A DNA stretch of 63,381 nucleotides from Octopus bimaculoides (Eukaryota), in NCBI RefSeq assembly GCF_001194135.2, contig NC_069005.1, positions 3,329,663-3,393,043 of the forward strand. The letters are read 5' to 3'. A program made the position numbers and the translations under genes. Below the pieces are notes generated by a model. The model ran no database searches. It was given only the letters and a program-made list of their open reading frames with translations, and was not told the DNA's origin. This document shows, piece by piece, positions 1 to 13,199 of this stretch. Each line of letters begins with the position of its first letter. The stretch's first letter is position 1.

Positions 1-84
1 CAGTGTTTGGTTCAACCCAGAGGAATGTAACTTATCAGAGAATATATTAACTGAAGCAAATGTAAATGCACCAGACCCCGATCC

Positions 85-165
85 TCCTATCACGTAAACA
101 CACCAGAATCGGTTGTCGAGCGATGATAGTGGGCACACACACACACACACACACGCAAATACACA

Positions 166-197
<32 letters not shown>

Positions 198-362
198 TAC
201 GGCGGCCTTTTTTCAGTTTCCGTCTACCAAATCCACTCACACGGATTTGGTCGGCCCGATGCTGTAGTAGAAGACACTTGCCCAAGGTGCCACGTAGTGG
301 GACTGAACTCGGAACCGGACTCATGTGGTTGGTATACGTGCTACTCACCACACCGCCACTTC
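85..362 (-). mobile_element. SINE family B (tRNA-derived, CORE-like) with internal (CA)n
   Basis: Reverse complement gives a head with A-box-like GTGGCGGTGTGGT, B-box-like GAGTTCAGTCCC, then CACTACGTGGCACCTTGGGCAAGTGTCTT. The (CA)n at about 146-198 separates the head from the 3' module. Same layout recurs at 19050 and 27781. Confidence 0.85.
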
Positions 363-847
363 TATATATTTATATATATTTAGCGCGTATGTGTGTATGT
401 ATTAGTAAGAAGGGTAGTATATTAACTATGTAGCACTCTCAAATAATTGAGAGAAGACTGTGTTAACGCCAACAATGGATTTTATTTATTAATGAAATGA
501 TTTGTGTCAATCGATTCCACCCTACTTCATATATCTCATCAAGTGAGATACAACATGCATCTTTTGTAGGCCGTTCAAGGAATTTTTAAATAAATAATTA
601 TTTTGAAAAGACTGTAGCTGGTGTACAACGTCATACAAGCCTTAATTTTTCGATATGTGTTTCTAAAGCGAACGGAATCGTTTAAAATTTAAGCATTAAT
701 ATTAAAATAAATTATTACAGTTATAGAAATGTTGCCAAGGGGGAGACACAAAAATGAGATTGTAGGTAATGGGGCTAGAAAATCATTTGAATAATTTATT
801 CGGTTTCTTGAATTGAAGCTATATGGTTTCTAATTTGGGTATGTAGC

Positions 848-960
848 CCAGGCGTCGAGCTGGCAGATTCGTTAGTAAGCCAGGCAAAATGCTTAGCGGC
901 ATTTCGTCTGTTTATTAATAAATTGCAACCATGTTTATTAATAAATTGCAACCCGAGCGA
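848..960 (+). mobile_element. SINE family A, head only, followed by a 22-bp tandem duplication
   Basis: AGGCGTCGAGCTGGCAGATTCGTTAG...AAATGCTTAGCGGCATTTCGTCTG matches the family A head. TGTTTATTAATAAATTGCAACC occurs at 909-930 and 932-953. Confidence 0.75.
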
Positions 961-2263
961 AATAAACAATAATACTAATACTTAGAAGTATTATTTCTAC
1001 TGCTACGGCCACTACTGCTAACAACAACAATAGTTAAGGTGCTCATTATGATGATAGCAGGAAAATGCTAGCAAAGTCAAGAGGAAAGTCAGTAAAAATT
1101 GTCTTATTTTGGGGTTTAAAGTTGTATTACCACAGATATTCCTACCACGACCACCTCCAAAGACAACAATAATAACGGAGATGATAATGGTGATGATGAT
1201 AATTGAAACGTAAAAATCCCTTGGAAATGTCTACAGCATTTCTAAAAATAGCCCAGCAATTACTACTTTGGCCACGGTCAAAATACAGGTCTGCTGACAT
1301 GTTCAACAAACCATGACGCCTAAACCGAACACCTATCAACTTAAGTAATTTAGTAAAATCACACACTGATTGGTCAGAAAACAGTTTGCAAAAATTAACA
1401 TATTGGAGCTTGTGCAAATGTATTTAAGGCACACAGTTTAGCCATCTCGCCACAGTTGTAAATTGTAAATTGTCACCACTAATACATGAATCTGAAGACT
1501 GCATAGTTTAATGCATGAAAGTAATAGCTGAATCAGAATGGACATTTAATATTCTATGATTTCATTATATTATACAATCTTATATTATTATAAGATTATA
1601 AATAAGACGTAAAAATCAAAGTTGGGATTTCTTTGAGTAATATGAGTAATATATATATGTGTGTGTTTGTGTGTGTGTGTATGTGTGCGTGTGTATATAT
1701 GTATATATGCTTATATATCTATATATATTTATATCTAAAAATATANNNNNNNNNNNNNNNNNNNNNNNNNNNNNNNNNNNNNNNNNNNNNNNNNNNNNNN
1801 NNNNNNNNNNNNNNNNNNNNNNNNNNNNNNNNNNNNNNNNNNNNNNNNNNNNNNNNNNNNNNNNNNNNNNNNNNNNNNNNNNNNNNNNNNNNNNNNNNNN
1901 NNNNNNNNNNNNNNNNNNNNNNNNNNNNNNNNNNNNNNNNNNNNNNNNNNNNNNNNNNNNNNNNNNNNNNNNNNNNNNNNNNNNNNNNNNNNNNNNNNNN
2001 NNNNNNNNNNNNNNNNNNNNNNNNNNNNNNNNNNNNNNNNNNNNNNNNNNNNNNNNNNNNNNNNNNNNNNNNNNNNNNNNNNNNNNNNNNNNNNNNNNNN
2101 NNNNNNNNNNNNNNNNNNNNNNNNNNNNNNNNNNNNNNNNNNNNNNNNNNNNNNNNNNNNNNNNNNNNNNNNNNNNNNNNNNNNNNNNNNNNNNNNNNNN
2201 NNNNNNNNNNNNNNNNNNNNNNNNNNNNNNNNNNNNNNNNNNNNNNNNNNNNNNNNNNNNNNN

Positions 2264-2307
<44 letters not shown>

Positions 2308-2689
2308 TTTTCTTCCATCTTCAAACAATGAACTTCAAATGAAGTTGTAACGATTTTATTATTATTCGTGGGCTGAATCATAGCTTCTTTGTTGGATTGC
2401 TCAAATTTCAGACTAAATGAGATAATGATGTCTAAATTCCCCGAAAGGAGATAAAAATACTAGTAGGTATGCTTTATCTTGATAAAAAATAATTAAAAAA
2501 TCTGCCATTTATTGGATTTAGTCAACATATATTTATAACAAACATACAAAATATTCCTATTTCTGGAGCTTCTTAAAAGATGTTTAATACTGCACGATTT
2601 GTATCTCTGTATTGAGAAAAGTATCGGATGACGTTATACATCATTGGTCATAATTCGCTTTCTCTCTTTGCTTTAGCTTCCGAGTGATT

Positions 2690-2890
2690 CCACACTTCCA
2701 GTTGGGCGGTCGGTGAAACAGTGTCCCTGTATGGAAAGCCCACCCCTCGAAGCGATATCCAGTACCAGCTGAGTGGAGTGGAGTGGAGCAACGTGAAATG
2801 CCGTGAGTTGCTTTAGAATAGAATGCAAACACACCCTGTATGTCGAATCGACGATTTAGGTGATCCACCCTAATAATTGAGCTATGTGCC
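2690..2890 (-). mobile_element. SINE family C, decayed
   Basis: CAGCTGAGTGGAGTGGAGTGGAGCAACGTGAAATG...GAGTTGCT resembles a further octopod SINE family as I recall it. A related decayed segment lies at about 62215-62380. Confidence 0.55.
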
Positions 2891-2940
2891 TTGACACATA
2901 TTTCATATATTCAGTTTAATAGACAAACAATAAAATAATC

Positions 2941-3153
2941 GTTTCTAATCTAGGCACGAAGCCTGGAATTTTGGGGGGAGGGGCCAGTCGATTAGATGGA
3001 CCCCAGTACGCAACTGGTGTTTAATTTATCGACCCCCAAAGGATGAGAAGCAAAGTCGACCTCAACCGAATTTGAACTCAGAACGTAAAGAGAGGCGAAA
3101 TACCCCTGAGGCATTTCACCCGGCGTGCTAAATTTTCTACCAGCTCACAGCCC
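2941..3153 (-). mobile_element. SINE family A, full length
   Basis: Reverse complement of the family A layout: tail CTAGGCACGAAGCC, core CCCCAGTACGCAACTGG, AATTTGAACTCAGAACG, head ...CCAGCTCACAGCC. Confidence 0.9.
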
Positions 3154-3172
3154 TACACATAATAAAATAATC

Positions 3173-3345
3173 TTTTCTACTTTGGGCACAAGGCCCGAAA
3201 TTTTGAGGGAGGGATACACTCGATTAGATGGAATCCAGTACGCAACTAGTACATAAGTTATCGACCACGATATGATAAAAGGCAAAGTCGACCTCAGCCG
3301 AATTTGAACTCAGAACGTATAGACAGAAGAAATACCGCTAAGAAT
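3173..3345 (-). mobile_element. SINE family A, second tandem copy (head truncated)
   Basis: Same blocks as 2941-3153 (GGCACAAGGCCCGAAATTTT, CAGTACGCAACT, AAAGTCGACCTC, AATTTGAACTCAGAACG), ending at AAATACCGCTAAG. Confidence 0.9.
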
Positions 3346-5029
3346 TACAAAGTGTGTAAGACGCAGTGCAAGAAGTTTTCAGGAAATTCTTAATCGGTAA
3401 GAACGTTATGTTTACGTGGTCAGCATTCTTTAATGCGTTTCAGCCATGCGGATGTTGTCAGGCAGGTGGTGTATAAGCGTGAGATGTTGACGACGCATTC
3501 AACCATTTTAGATTGCTGTCAACTATTTCTTAGTGGCATGGAAATGAAGTAAATCAAAACATGCATCAGTTCTTGGAAGAATATAACAAACTGATATAAT
3601 ATTATATTTGATTTTCAGTGCTGGTGTGTTTTATATTTCAACGAAATAACAAGACATAAATGTAATTACGAAAGAATCATGTGTTGTAACAACCGCATAT
3701 TAGTCATATGTTATAAAGTATAGAAGATAATCTTATCTGAGTACACACGACGATCGTCATTGAATCGCTAGTAGAAAATAAGGGAGACAGTATCGGCGAT
3801 GAAGACAGAAGGATTAATATATGTAATCTAGGTATTTTATCCAGTGCATTTAGAGTAATTACAAAGATTACAGTTGGATTTGTTGAAAGATATTTTAACG
3901 AATGCTTATCATTACTGTAATATGTAACCGGATTGGAAGAAACCTTTTTAAAGTAAAATCGTGAGAATATTTTTAAGATAGATAACATAATGTAGGCGAA
4001 ATTATAAGGCAGATATATGGTATGTTGAAGCAACAAATTCAATTCTAAGGTTGTATAGGAACAGACATCACATGGTGCCTATTCACGCTTGGCAATAATG
4101 ATATAATTTGATTGAATGAGAACTGCAGTCGCTATAGTCATGTTGACACGCACCAGATGCTATTAGAACTTTTCAAATAATGATCTTTTATGAAACTAAA
4201 GTAGAGCTAGAATCTGTAGGGTACCTGTTGTGTTGTACGCTATAGAATGGTTGATGCAGTTCCGTTGGTCTTGAACAATGTATATGGAAGAGGCAGAGAA
4301 ATGTGTTCATATTTATCTGAACGAAATCTAGCTGAAAGTGAAGTAGACTCGAGGTGAATCCGCTGTGAGTGTATCGATATGACACAAAAGAAATAGATAA
4401 TCAGATTCAAAGATGCCAATGGGTGTGTGTATGATCGATTTAATCAACAACAGGCATATACATGTACTTATTTCACCTACGTCAGAGGGTAGGAATGCAA
4501 TGTAAATCCCAGCGTGATTTTAAATTAAAATATATAGACATCTAAATAATAAGAGTCTTTTAATCAAGCACGCCATCATGCTGCCTTCATCATATTAATC
4601 GTTGTTATTTTAATATTTGGCAGAACGTCAACAATTTCTAAATAAAGGGACATAATTGTTTGGAAACTGTCGATACCCATTATATCGAGGAATGAAAAGC
4701 AAAATCGAAAATATTGTGATTTTAAATCCGAGCGTGATAATGCCATAATCTTGCAAAGCATATTGGAGCATAAACATAAATATTTATGTTATCTATAGCG
4801 CTCATTTTGATAATCATACTTCACACGTTCATATTAACGGAAATAAATATTTTAATGCTACTGATATATGTTTTATCTTTAACTTACTTTAGTGATGGAT
4901 TGTGGCCATGCTGAGATTCTCCTTGAAGAATTGAGTTACACAAATCCAGCCCACGACTATTTATCAAGACTGGTTTTCAAATGCAAACCAGGCTGACACA
5001 TAAATATATAACAGATATATAGATATGAG

Positions 5030-5206
5030 TTATACGTGTAATTCAAAGGGGTCAGCCTTATCACATTCCGTGTCACACTGAATCTCCATCAGAAGTACGT
5101 CAAGGGCAGATGTATCTGTGGAGTGCTCAGCCACTTGCACGAGCAGGCTGTTTCGGTTGACCGGGTTAATTGGAAACCTCGTCGTAGAAACCGACGGAGT
5201 GTTAAT
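5030..5206 (-). CDS. Candidate terminal coding exon, unidentified product
   Basis: GC-richer island. Acceptor tttatacAG at 5207-5208. Open phase-0 frame [58 protein letters not shown]. No homology recognised. Confidence 0.3.
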   Translation of the reverse strand: MNTPSVSTTRFPINPVNRNSLLVQVAEHSTDTSALDVLLMEIQCDTECDKADPFELHV

Positions 5207-5265
5207 CTGTATAAACGTGTGCATATATAGTTATACATATTATATATTCCATGTATATATGGACA

Positions 5266-5304
<39 letters not shown>

Positions 5305-5323
5305 GCTTATATGTATGGATACA

Positions 5324-5386
<63 letters not shown>

Positions 5387-6819
5387 ATACATAATAATAA
5401 TAAAAGTTACGTTACAAAAGGCACCTATTTACTGGAAAGAGGATGCGTGGTTTTGGAAGGTTTTAACTCCTCTTTGAAGCAAACAGGTGCATATTGTATC
5501 CTGACGTTTTATTATATATTTTGCATGTTTGAATTTTGGTTGCTGGCCACTTTATCATTATTTTTATAGATAATGATAAGTTATTTAAATTATATATGTG
5601 TGTGTGTATGTATGTGTGTATGTGTGTGATAAGTATGTAAACATTTAGATAAATATAAGAGTAGATATTATTTAGGGACGAAAGTATTGCTGTTTTCTTT
5701 AAGAAAACAAAACAGCGAAAGAAACATTAACGTTACTGATTTGAAATAAGCCATCAAATTGATCAATGTATAGGCAAGGACCCTGCTGTATACGATGCGT
5801 TAGAAATAATACAAATAAACAATCTGCAGATTATGAACAAGAATAAATATATGTATTAGTAAGAAAGAAATAAAGAGAATTTGCTTTGTTATGTCTGTGA
5901 ATCGGAAAGGAAAATGAGAGACAACATGATTCGAAAGAAGATGCGTGAGAGAGAGGAAGTGAAACGAATTGAGAACAGTGGGAAGAAAAAGAAAAAAATA
6001 ATAATAAGGGCTGAAAGAGGTAGGATGCAATATAAGAATGTAAATATTGTATTTCTATATGAGAACCATTTGTGACAGCTACGTTTTAAATTCACACGCA
6101 AAGTATGTTGGTGGGAGACATCGCTTTTTGTTTACATTTAGTTAAGAAAATATTTTTAGAAACAGAAAAAGAAATCTACTAGATCAATATATAGATACAT
6201 ATTGGACAGAATCAGATATAGCGCTGTCGATATTTGTTTAATCATTGATAAGTAAGGATAACGGAAAAGAGACTGAGAGAGAAAGAGTGGGAGAGTGATG
6301 GTAATACGAGATACACTAAGCTAGGATGTAAACGAAATTGAAGAATTAAGACCAAACTCATGGAATGCTGTCTGTGTTCCAAAAGATGTTTGAGTCCATT
6401 GGTATATTGGGATATATCATAGACTTTATTTGAGTTACTGAAAATATAATTATATTTTTTCACAGTTAACTAATATTTAGGCATCACACGTAATACTGCT
6501 TTTGTAAATTATTGGCTAGATATTTCTTGTATGAGGCGATAATTTGTGAAATAGATATCGATAGAATTTATAAACTAATCTACTATGTATTTACGAGGTA
6601 CTTTTCAAATAATAAACGTCTAAACAAATATGCACGACTTAAATTTAGATAGAAGATTGTAGCGTTAGCGACTCTAAATGAGGACAATTTGAACGCAGAA
6701 CGTAAAGCTCTGTAACAGAAACCTAAGGTATTATATGTCCGATGCTCTAGCGATTCTTAATCATTTTTCATTATCTCTTGTTTTCAGTATTTAATCAATC
6801 AATATTTAAAGACAATTCG

Positions 6820-7039
6820 ACGACGGCGAGATGGCAGAAGCGTTAGCACTCCAAGTGAAACCCTTAGCGGTATTTCATCTGTCTTTACATTCTGGGTTCA
6901 AATTCCGCCGAGGTCGACTTTGACCTTTGACCTTTTGGGGTTGATAAATTAAGTACCAGTTGCGTAATAGGCTCGATCTAATCGACTGGCTACCTATCCC
7001 AAAATTTCGGGCCTTATGTCTAGAGTAGAAAAGAATATT
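6820..7039 (+). mobile_element. SINE family A, full length
   Basis: GGCGAGATGGCAGAAGCGTTAGCA head, B-box-like GGGTTCAAATTCC, GAGGTCGACTTTG, AAGTACCAGTTGCGTA, tail TAGAGTAGAAAAGAAT. Confidence 0.9.
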
Positions 7040-7409
7040 GAAAGTCCAAAAGCCACCATGTTGAGCTTTACTTTTCATGCTTTTGGCATCGATAATATAA
7101 GTAGCACTCTATAACAGGGATCGATGTAATCGACCGATCCCCTCCCCACGAAATTGCTCGGCTTGTGTCAAATTTTAAAATCAATGAATCTTTACACTTG
7201 TAAATTAATTCTCTTTTCTAATTTTGTTACACGGGTAGCAGTTTTGAGCAAAGGATACACTCGCTTTGAAAGACACTTGTACATAACTGGAATTTGTTTT
7301 CTCGATCCTGAAGAGGTAAAATACAATTCGAACTCGTTAGCTACTTTGTCCTGCATGCCAACACTTCTGGCAGCTTGCTACCTTAGTTGCAAGTTCGTAA
7401 GTTTAGGTA

Positions 7410-7643
7410 CAGTAATTCCTCGACTATCGCGGGTTTTACGCTCCAAAACCTCCCACAGAAATAATTGAAATCTAAAAAAATATAAATACACATCAGCCGC
7501 AGAAATCCGCGATATACCGTGGATTCCACGATATAAACTTACATATTAGCCAGAAAAATCCACGATGTATTGTGTGCGTGGTAGGTGAACCGCGATATAC
7601 TGCGTGTGCGGTAGGTGAACAGTGATATGGCGAGGGATAACTG
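7410..7643. mobile_element. pogo/Tigger-like (Tc1-mariner) MITE, complete
   Basis: Left TIR CAGTAATTCCTCGACTATC. Right end GATATGGCGAGGGATAACTG (reverse complement CAGTTATCCCTCGCCATATC). TA on both sides (7408-7409, 7644-7645). No transposase ORF. Confidence 0.8.
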
Positions 7644-9127
7644 TATAGTGTTTGATAACATCTAATTCTCCGAAGAAGCAAAGGAGACATTAGTAAGACA
7701 AATTGTGATGGCTTATTTAAGTAAAATATGATAAAAGTAACATTTGACCGGGGAAATGTAATGATTCTGAGAGAGGGAAAAAGAGAAATAGTGAGACAAT
7801 TATACCTGAAGGCAGAAATGAAACTTGTGCTGAAATTAGAAGATTTCTTATGAATTTAGGTTTTAAAAAATTAAAGGTTTAGAAAGTATTGCAAGAATCA
7901 CATATATTTATGTATAATACTCATGGTGGAGAATATCGCAAGATTACAATAATTAGTAAAGCGTGGATTAATTTTGTATCCATCTGTAGGTGGAGTGCAA
8001 TTTGGGTGTAGTTTTGCAATAATTAGATAAATTAAGGCAAATCAGACAAATTTCGAAGCCAGGAATAGAGGAAATTGGTAAGAATATATCTATGGAACTT
8101 GTAAAATGCTTTACTAGATTTTGGTGTTGGTGGATAATTTGATTTAATTATTTAGACAAATACGTGATTTGTATTCTTGTATAAGTAAAAAAGAACAAAA
8201 ATGAAAAAATATATACTATAAAATAAGATATTTACCTAATATGCATTACCGTTGTATATATAGTTGTATAGATTTGTAGAATTATTTTGTTTTCTTTTTG
8301 ATTTTGTTTTGGCTATAATAATGTTCCTTGGTTCCCCTCATTTCATTCTTTTATTTTGTCTTCATTCTAGCAACTATGTTCCTATTGTATTGATCTCTCT
8401 CATTCCTCATATCCTTTTATACAAATCTACGAAAAGAAATTTCGACAACATTGAATCAAGTTCTGTCCAATATCCCTTCAACTATTGATTGAGTTAGTAG
8501 ATTTTTTTATACTCTTTCTAACTATATTATCGTAACCTATTGTAAACAACAACTCTCATGTCTAACCACCAATCTACGCTTCTGTATTTGAAACCTGTCA
8601 GAAAATTTCTTCATTTATTCACCAAATAAATATATTTGCATTCGAAGTCTTTTTTGCTCTCATCCAGATTCATTCCACTTTCTTGTATTCGTTCATGTTT
8701 TTTCTCTTTCTGTATTTTCGCTTCCATTCACATGGACATAATAACACTAATTTTTTACTTATCTTTCTATTAGAAATTTCAACCTATCCTTTAATTCAGC
8801 GATTTGTATTATAATTCTGCTGACCCAGCGTATGATACGACGGACCTCGCTACAAACGAACTCTGGTGCTTTTATTTGAAGTCTAAATGCTACGTAATTT
8901 CGTTATGACGTCAGGGAATACTTGTAGCTTTGTGGATAACTTTTAAATGTTTCTCTCATTTTTGTTTTGCTGTCGCCATTCGCTCGAAAACAACATTTCT
9001 AGATTGAAGCATGGCAACCGTTTTGCAGAAAAACGGACAGAAGTTCGAAGCTGCCAATTTACATACATACATACCTAGATATATACATGCACGCGTATTT
9101 ATACAAATATATGTTTGTGTATGTATG

Positions 9128-9165
<38 letters not shown>

Positions 9166-9595
9166 TACATATATACAAACAGACATGCGCGTACACACAC
9201 ACAGAGACTATTATATATGTATGAAGTTGGTAAGAATATTTCAAAAGGTTAAAAAAAATGTTTAGTGAGAGATTAGATCTTAGACCAAATGAGATACACA
9301 AACCCGAAGGTCAAGTCATGTTAGAGGTAATCCAGGTAAAAAGGTGTTGACGTTAGAAAACACATCGGTCTAGCTTATGAAAATAATAAAAAAAAACATA
9401 CAACGTGGACAGTTTTTTGATGGCATTCGTACATGAATTATCAAAATATGAATATAAAAATATAAAACATGGAGTGATTGTGTTGTTGATTTTCTTATCC
9501 AAAGATTTGGTGTAATACACAAAAATTATGAAGTGAGAATAACATTTTAGGTCGTCGTTCACAGCTATTTCTTGCTTTGGGGTTTTCCGTGTGCA

Positions 9596-9771
9596 AACAC
9601 ACACACACACACGCACACACACGCACACACACACACACAAACACACATACACAAACACACACTCACACACACCCACACACACAAACACACACACACACAA
9701 ACACACACACACAAACACACACACACAAACACACACACACAAACACACACACGCAANNNNNNNNNNNNNNN

Positions 9772-9804
<33 letters not shown>

Positions 9805-9972
9805 AACACACACACACAAACACACACACACAAACACACACACACAAACACACACACGCAAACACACACACACGCACACACACGCATACACACACACAGA
9901 CACACACGCACGCACACACACACACGCACACACACAAACCCACAAAAACACACACACACACACGCACACACA
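9596..9972. repeat. Compound (CA)n/(CACAAA)n microsatellite spanning a 15-N gap
   Basis: Direct reading. Explains the HTHT/VCVC ORFs. Confidence 0.97.
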
Positions 9973-10787
9973 TATATATATGCTCATTTATACATACACA
10001 TGCACACACTAACTCACACATACACACGCTCGCATGCATATATTTGTATACATATAAACACACACACGTACTCATATTCATCTATCTATATATTATACAT
10101 AAGCGTGTGTATGTGTCCGTGTGTATATATGTATATTTGTGCAGAAGCATTGGTTATGTATATTATATGCATGTCTATGTGTCTAAAGATGCACGTATTA
10201 ATATTTGTGTGTGTGTGTATGTGTGCTTTTGTGTGTGTCTGTGTTTGTGCGTGTGATTTGTTATAAACAGCCTCATCATGAAGAATTGGCAAACGAACAA
10301 GAGCGAACTATTAAACAAGAAAATAAAATAAGATGAGACCAAATGTTATATTTATATATCAAATACATAAAAAGGAGGGAAAAGCAAATTAATATGACAA
10401 ACAGCTCGACATCTTTACAAAAACAAAATGGTGGCAAGAGTGATTATTTGCTTCAGAATGGCGTAGAAATCCGTGCTACTCCGCTGACCTTTAGCAGCTG
10501 AGATTACTGCGTGCTAACGTAGTCAGATGACATTTTGATTGATAAAAAGCCACTGAACTTTGCCGAGCTGCTCTTCCATTATAACAGTTTACAAAGGTGG
10601 GGGTCATTACAACTTAAAGCCATTACAATATTTTCTTTACTACATGGAGGTGGGTGTGGAAGGAAAGGTGGATTGACTTGTTGGAGTATATGAATACATC
10701 TACAAAACATGTTTGTTTGTTTGATTGAAGTACAATGCTTGATGCTATATATACTATTGTTGCCGTTCGGAAAATATTTATTACGTT

Positions 10788-10930
<143 letters not shown>

Positions 10931-11563
10931 TACATTTTATTAGTATTATTAATATATTCTTCAATCCATTCGCCAATTCTTCAATATCAATATTAAATGC
11001 AGCTATCAGAAGGGATTTGGAGTGGTTGTGATAGAAATGATTACGATGGTTTGAGGCCAGAGCCATTTCCTCTCATGCCAAGCCCTCATCAACCTCTTCA
11101 AAATAAAACTTGAAAATGAATGGAGGGATGAGGGTGGACAGGGAATTACTGTACAATAAATCTGACGGAATATAAATGTGAGAGGAAAAATTGCCATAGC
11201 TAAAGGAATTCACTCTAACCATAGTACGCTGCGTTTGTGGCAACAACGAAGTGTAAACACTCATCTTTGGCTTGTTAATCTAATTTGATATTGTATATGG
11301 ACTGTAACGAATCTCCATATGTGGTTGCCACCATTTTGGAGACAATTCTCTATTTTCTAGGTCTGTTGTTGTTAACGTTGTTATTGCTAGTAGCGGTTAT
11401 CTCTTAGCTTTCATGTTATATCAGATCTATTGATAATCTTGAATTCATAATGTTTTCGCGATGTAGCATTGTTGCATTCTGTCGGTGTTCTATTCCCTAA
11501 AGATTTCTACGCATGAGGCCAACAAAATAAATTATTATTTATACAAGTGTTAATATCACTTTT

Positions 11564-11611
<48 letters not shown>

Positions 11612-12109
11612 GTTAGTATTGTGCTTATTACTATTACCGTTAATGATAACAATAAATAACAATAAGAATAAAATGAAGATAAATGATAAAAATAACATCA
11701 TAAACAAGAACTGAAATGATAAAGATAATTGGCAACGTTGAAGTTCTACAAATGTATGGGAGTGGTAAAAACAGATTAAATCGATCCAGTATTTGACTGG
11801 CCACATATTTTATTGACCCCGGAGAGATGAAAAGAGAAAAGATGATTTGGAGGAATTTAGCTCTGAATTTGATGGACGTAAATAAATATTTTGAATCGCT
11901 CTCTGCGCCGCTCTATTAATTCTAATATACACGGAATAGTAACTGTAACGGTCATATGAATAGGCACAATAGACAACCTCCATCACTGCGACCACCAACA
12001 CAACCTCCATAACCACTACTATTGCCACCACATCAACCACCACCACAAGCTCTACTACCATCACAATTACATATACAACAGTATGGATAATAATCATTTT
12101 TACTATTTG

Positions 12110-12362
12110 CAGAAGGCTTGCAATTTTGTAGCAGTCGGGAAAGTGGATGACACTGGTACATTATTCATTGACCCCGAAAAAATGGAAGATAAAGTCAACT
12201 CAATTTGAAATCAAGGCGTGAAGACGGGCGAAGTAACGCTAAATAATTTGTATGGCTTGCTAACGTTTCTGCCAGCTCGCAGCCTTGAGGATCATAACAA
12301 TGATTTCAAATTTTAGCACAGGGCCAGTATTACTAGGGGAGTGAGTGAGTCGATTACATTGA
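12110..12362 (-). mobile_element. Older family A-like SINE fragments
   Basis: TTCATTGACCCCGAAAAAATGGAAGATAAAGTCAAC, ATTTGAAATCAAGGCG, GCTAACGTTTCTGCCAGCTCGCAGCCTT, then a second tail TTTAGCACAGGGCCAG. Confidence 0.7.
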
Positions 12363-13125
12363 CTTCACTTTCTGCCTTTAACCATGAGCTCCGTTGCGAC
12401 AGTGTCGCCTGCTTCTGGTCTACATAAGCTTGTTCGCTACGGGAAAATATTTGCTATACAGAAATGCTGCTCCCAAAAATCAACCAAATGTTCACACGCT
12501 TTTTCTCCTTACCATTCACTTCACTTTCTTTGCATGAACAAATGCTGTACTTCCAACATGCTGGGAATTATGCATGAAATCAAAGACACTTGTTTGTTTT
12601 CCGGCATGATGAAATGGAGCTTCTTACGCCTCTCTTGATTTCCAACGGGTTTTATCATCCAGTTGATAGATGTTTCAATATATTTGGACACAGCACTTGT
12701 GGTGGTTTTGTTAGAGATTTCAATATGGATCAAGCTTCAATGTCCTTGGACTGTGAGAAGGTGAAGACGATCTACGCCTGGTTTTAAGTGGTGCATCTTA
12801 TTGCAAGTAAGCGGCTTACGTATTTTTCTGTAAATCTCCTTTATTCCGCTGATATTACAGTTCAACACATTGTAGCTATAAGTTACAAATGGAAGTACTA
12901 AGGAATTTGGAGCTAACACCTTGGTATGTGCACTTAGCTCAGACTTCAGAATTACTCGAATGCATCCGTAACATTCCTTCCTAACCTTATCTTTCCTGCT
13001 TGTATTTTGAATATTAGAGACTTCATTCATTCCCAGGTATTTGTAAGTTTATTCCTGCTCAATATCTAATACGACTTTGTAAGTTCGTCCCTGTTCAACA
13101 TATAGCAGGGCTAAGTTTGAAATCT
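12362..13125 (-). mobile_element. R4/Dong-like non-LTR retrotransposon fragment (RT C-terminal/thumb region), decayed
   Basis: Minus-strand translation across stops and frameshifts gives YKYLGMNE...KVRKECY..IRVILKSELS..TKVLA.NSL.LP.VTYSY....C....I....RKIRK.LT...MHHLKPGVDRLHL, then ...RSSWLKAESE. These motifs are characteristic of the RT C-terminus of restriction-endonuclease-like elements. Confidence 0.85.
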
Positions 13126-13130
13126 TGTCA

Positions 13131-13166
<36 letters not shown>

Positions 13167-13199
13167 GCTTCGTAATACACTGTAGGTAAAAATGCACCG

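Noticed and set aside
5027-5160. Ig-domain-like plus-strand peptide [12 protein letters not shown]...YLW
   Set aside because: Bounded by stops with no usable splice sites, and the second Ig cysteine region is absent.
7237-7314. Apparent plus-strand exon VLSKGYTRFERHLYITGICFLDPEE|GTAAAA
   Set aside because: Its 3' part and the donor lie in a decayed minus-strand SINE-A remnant (about 7280-7385).
8906-8913. Perfect CRE palindrome TGACGTCA as a promoter element
   Set aside because: A single 8-mer in this much sequence is roughly expected by chance, with no supporting start site.
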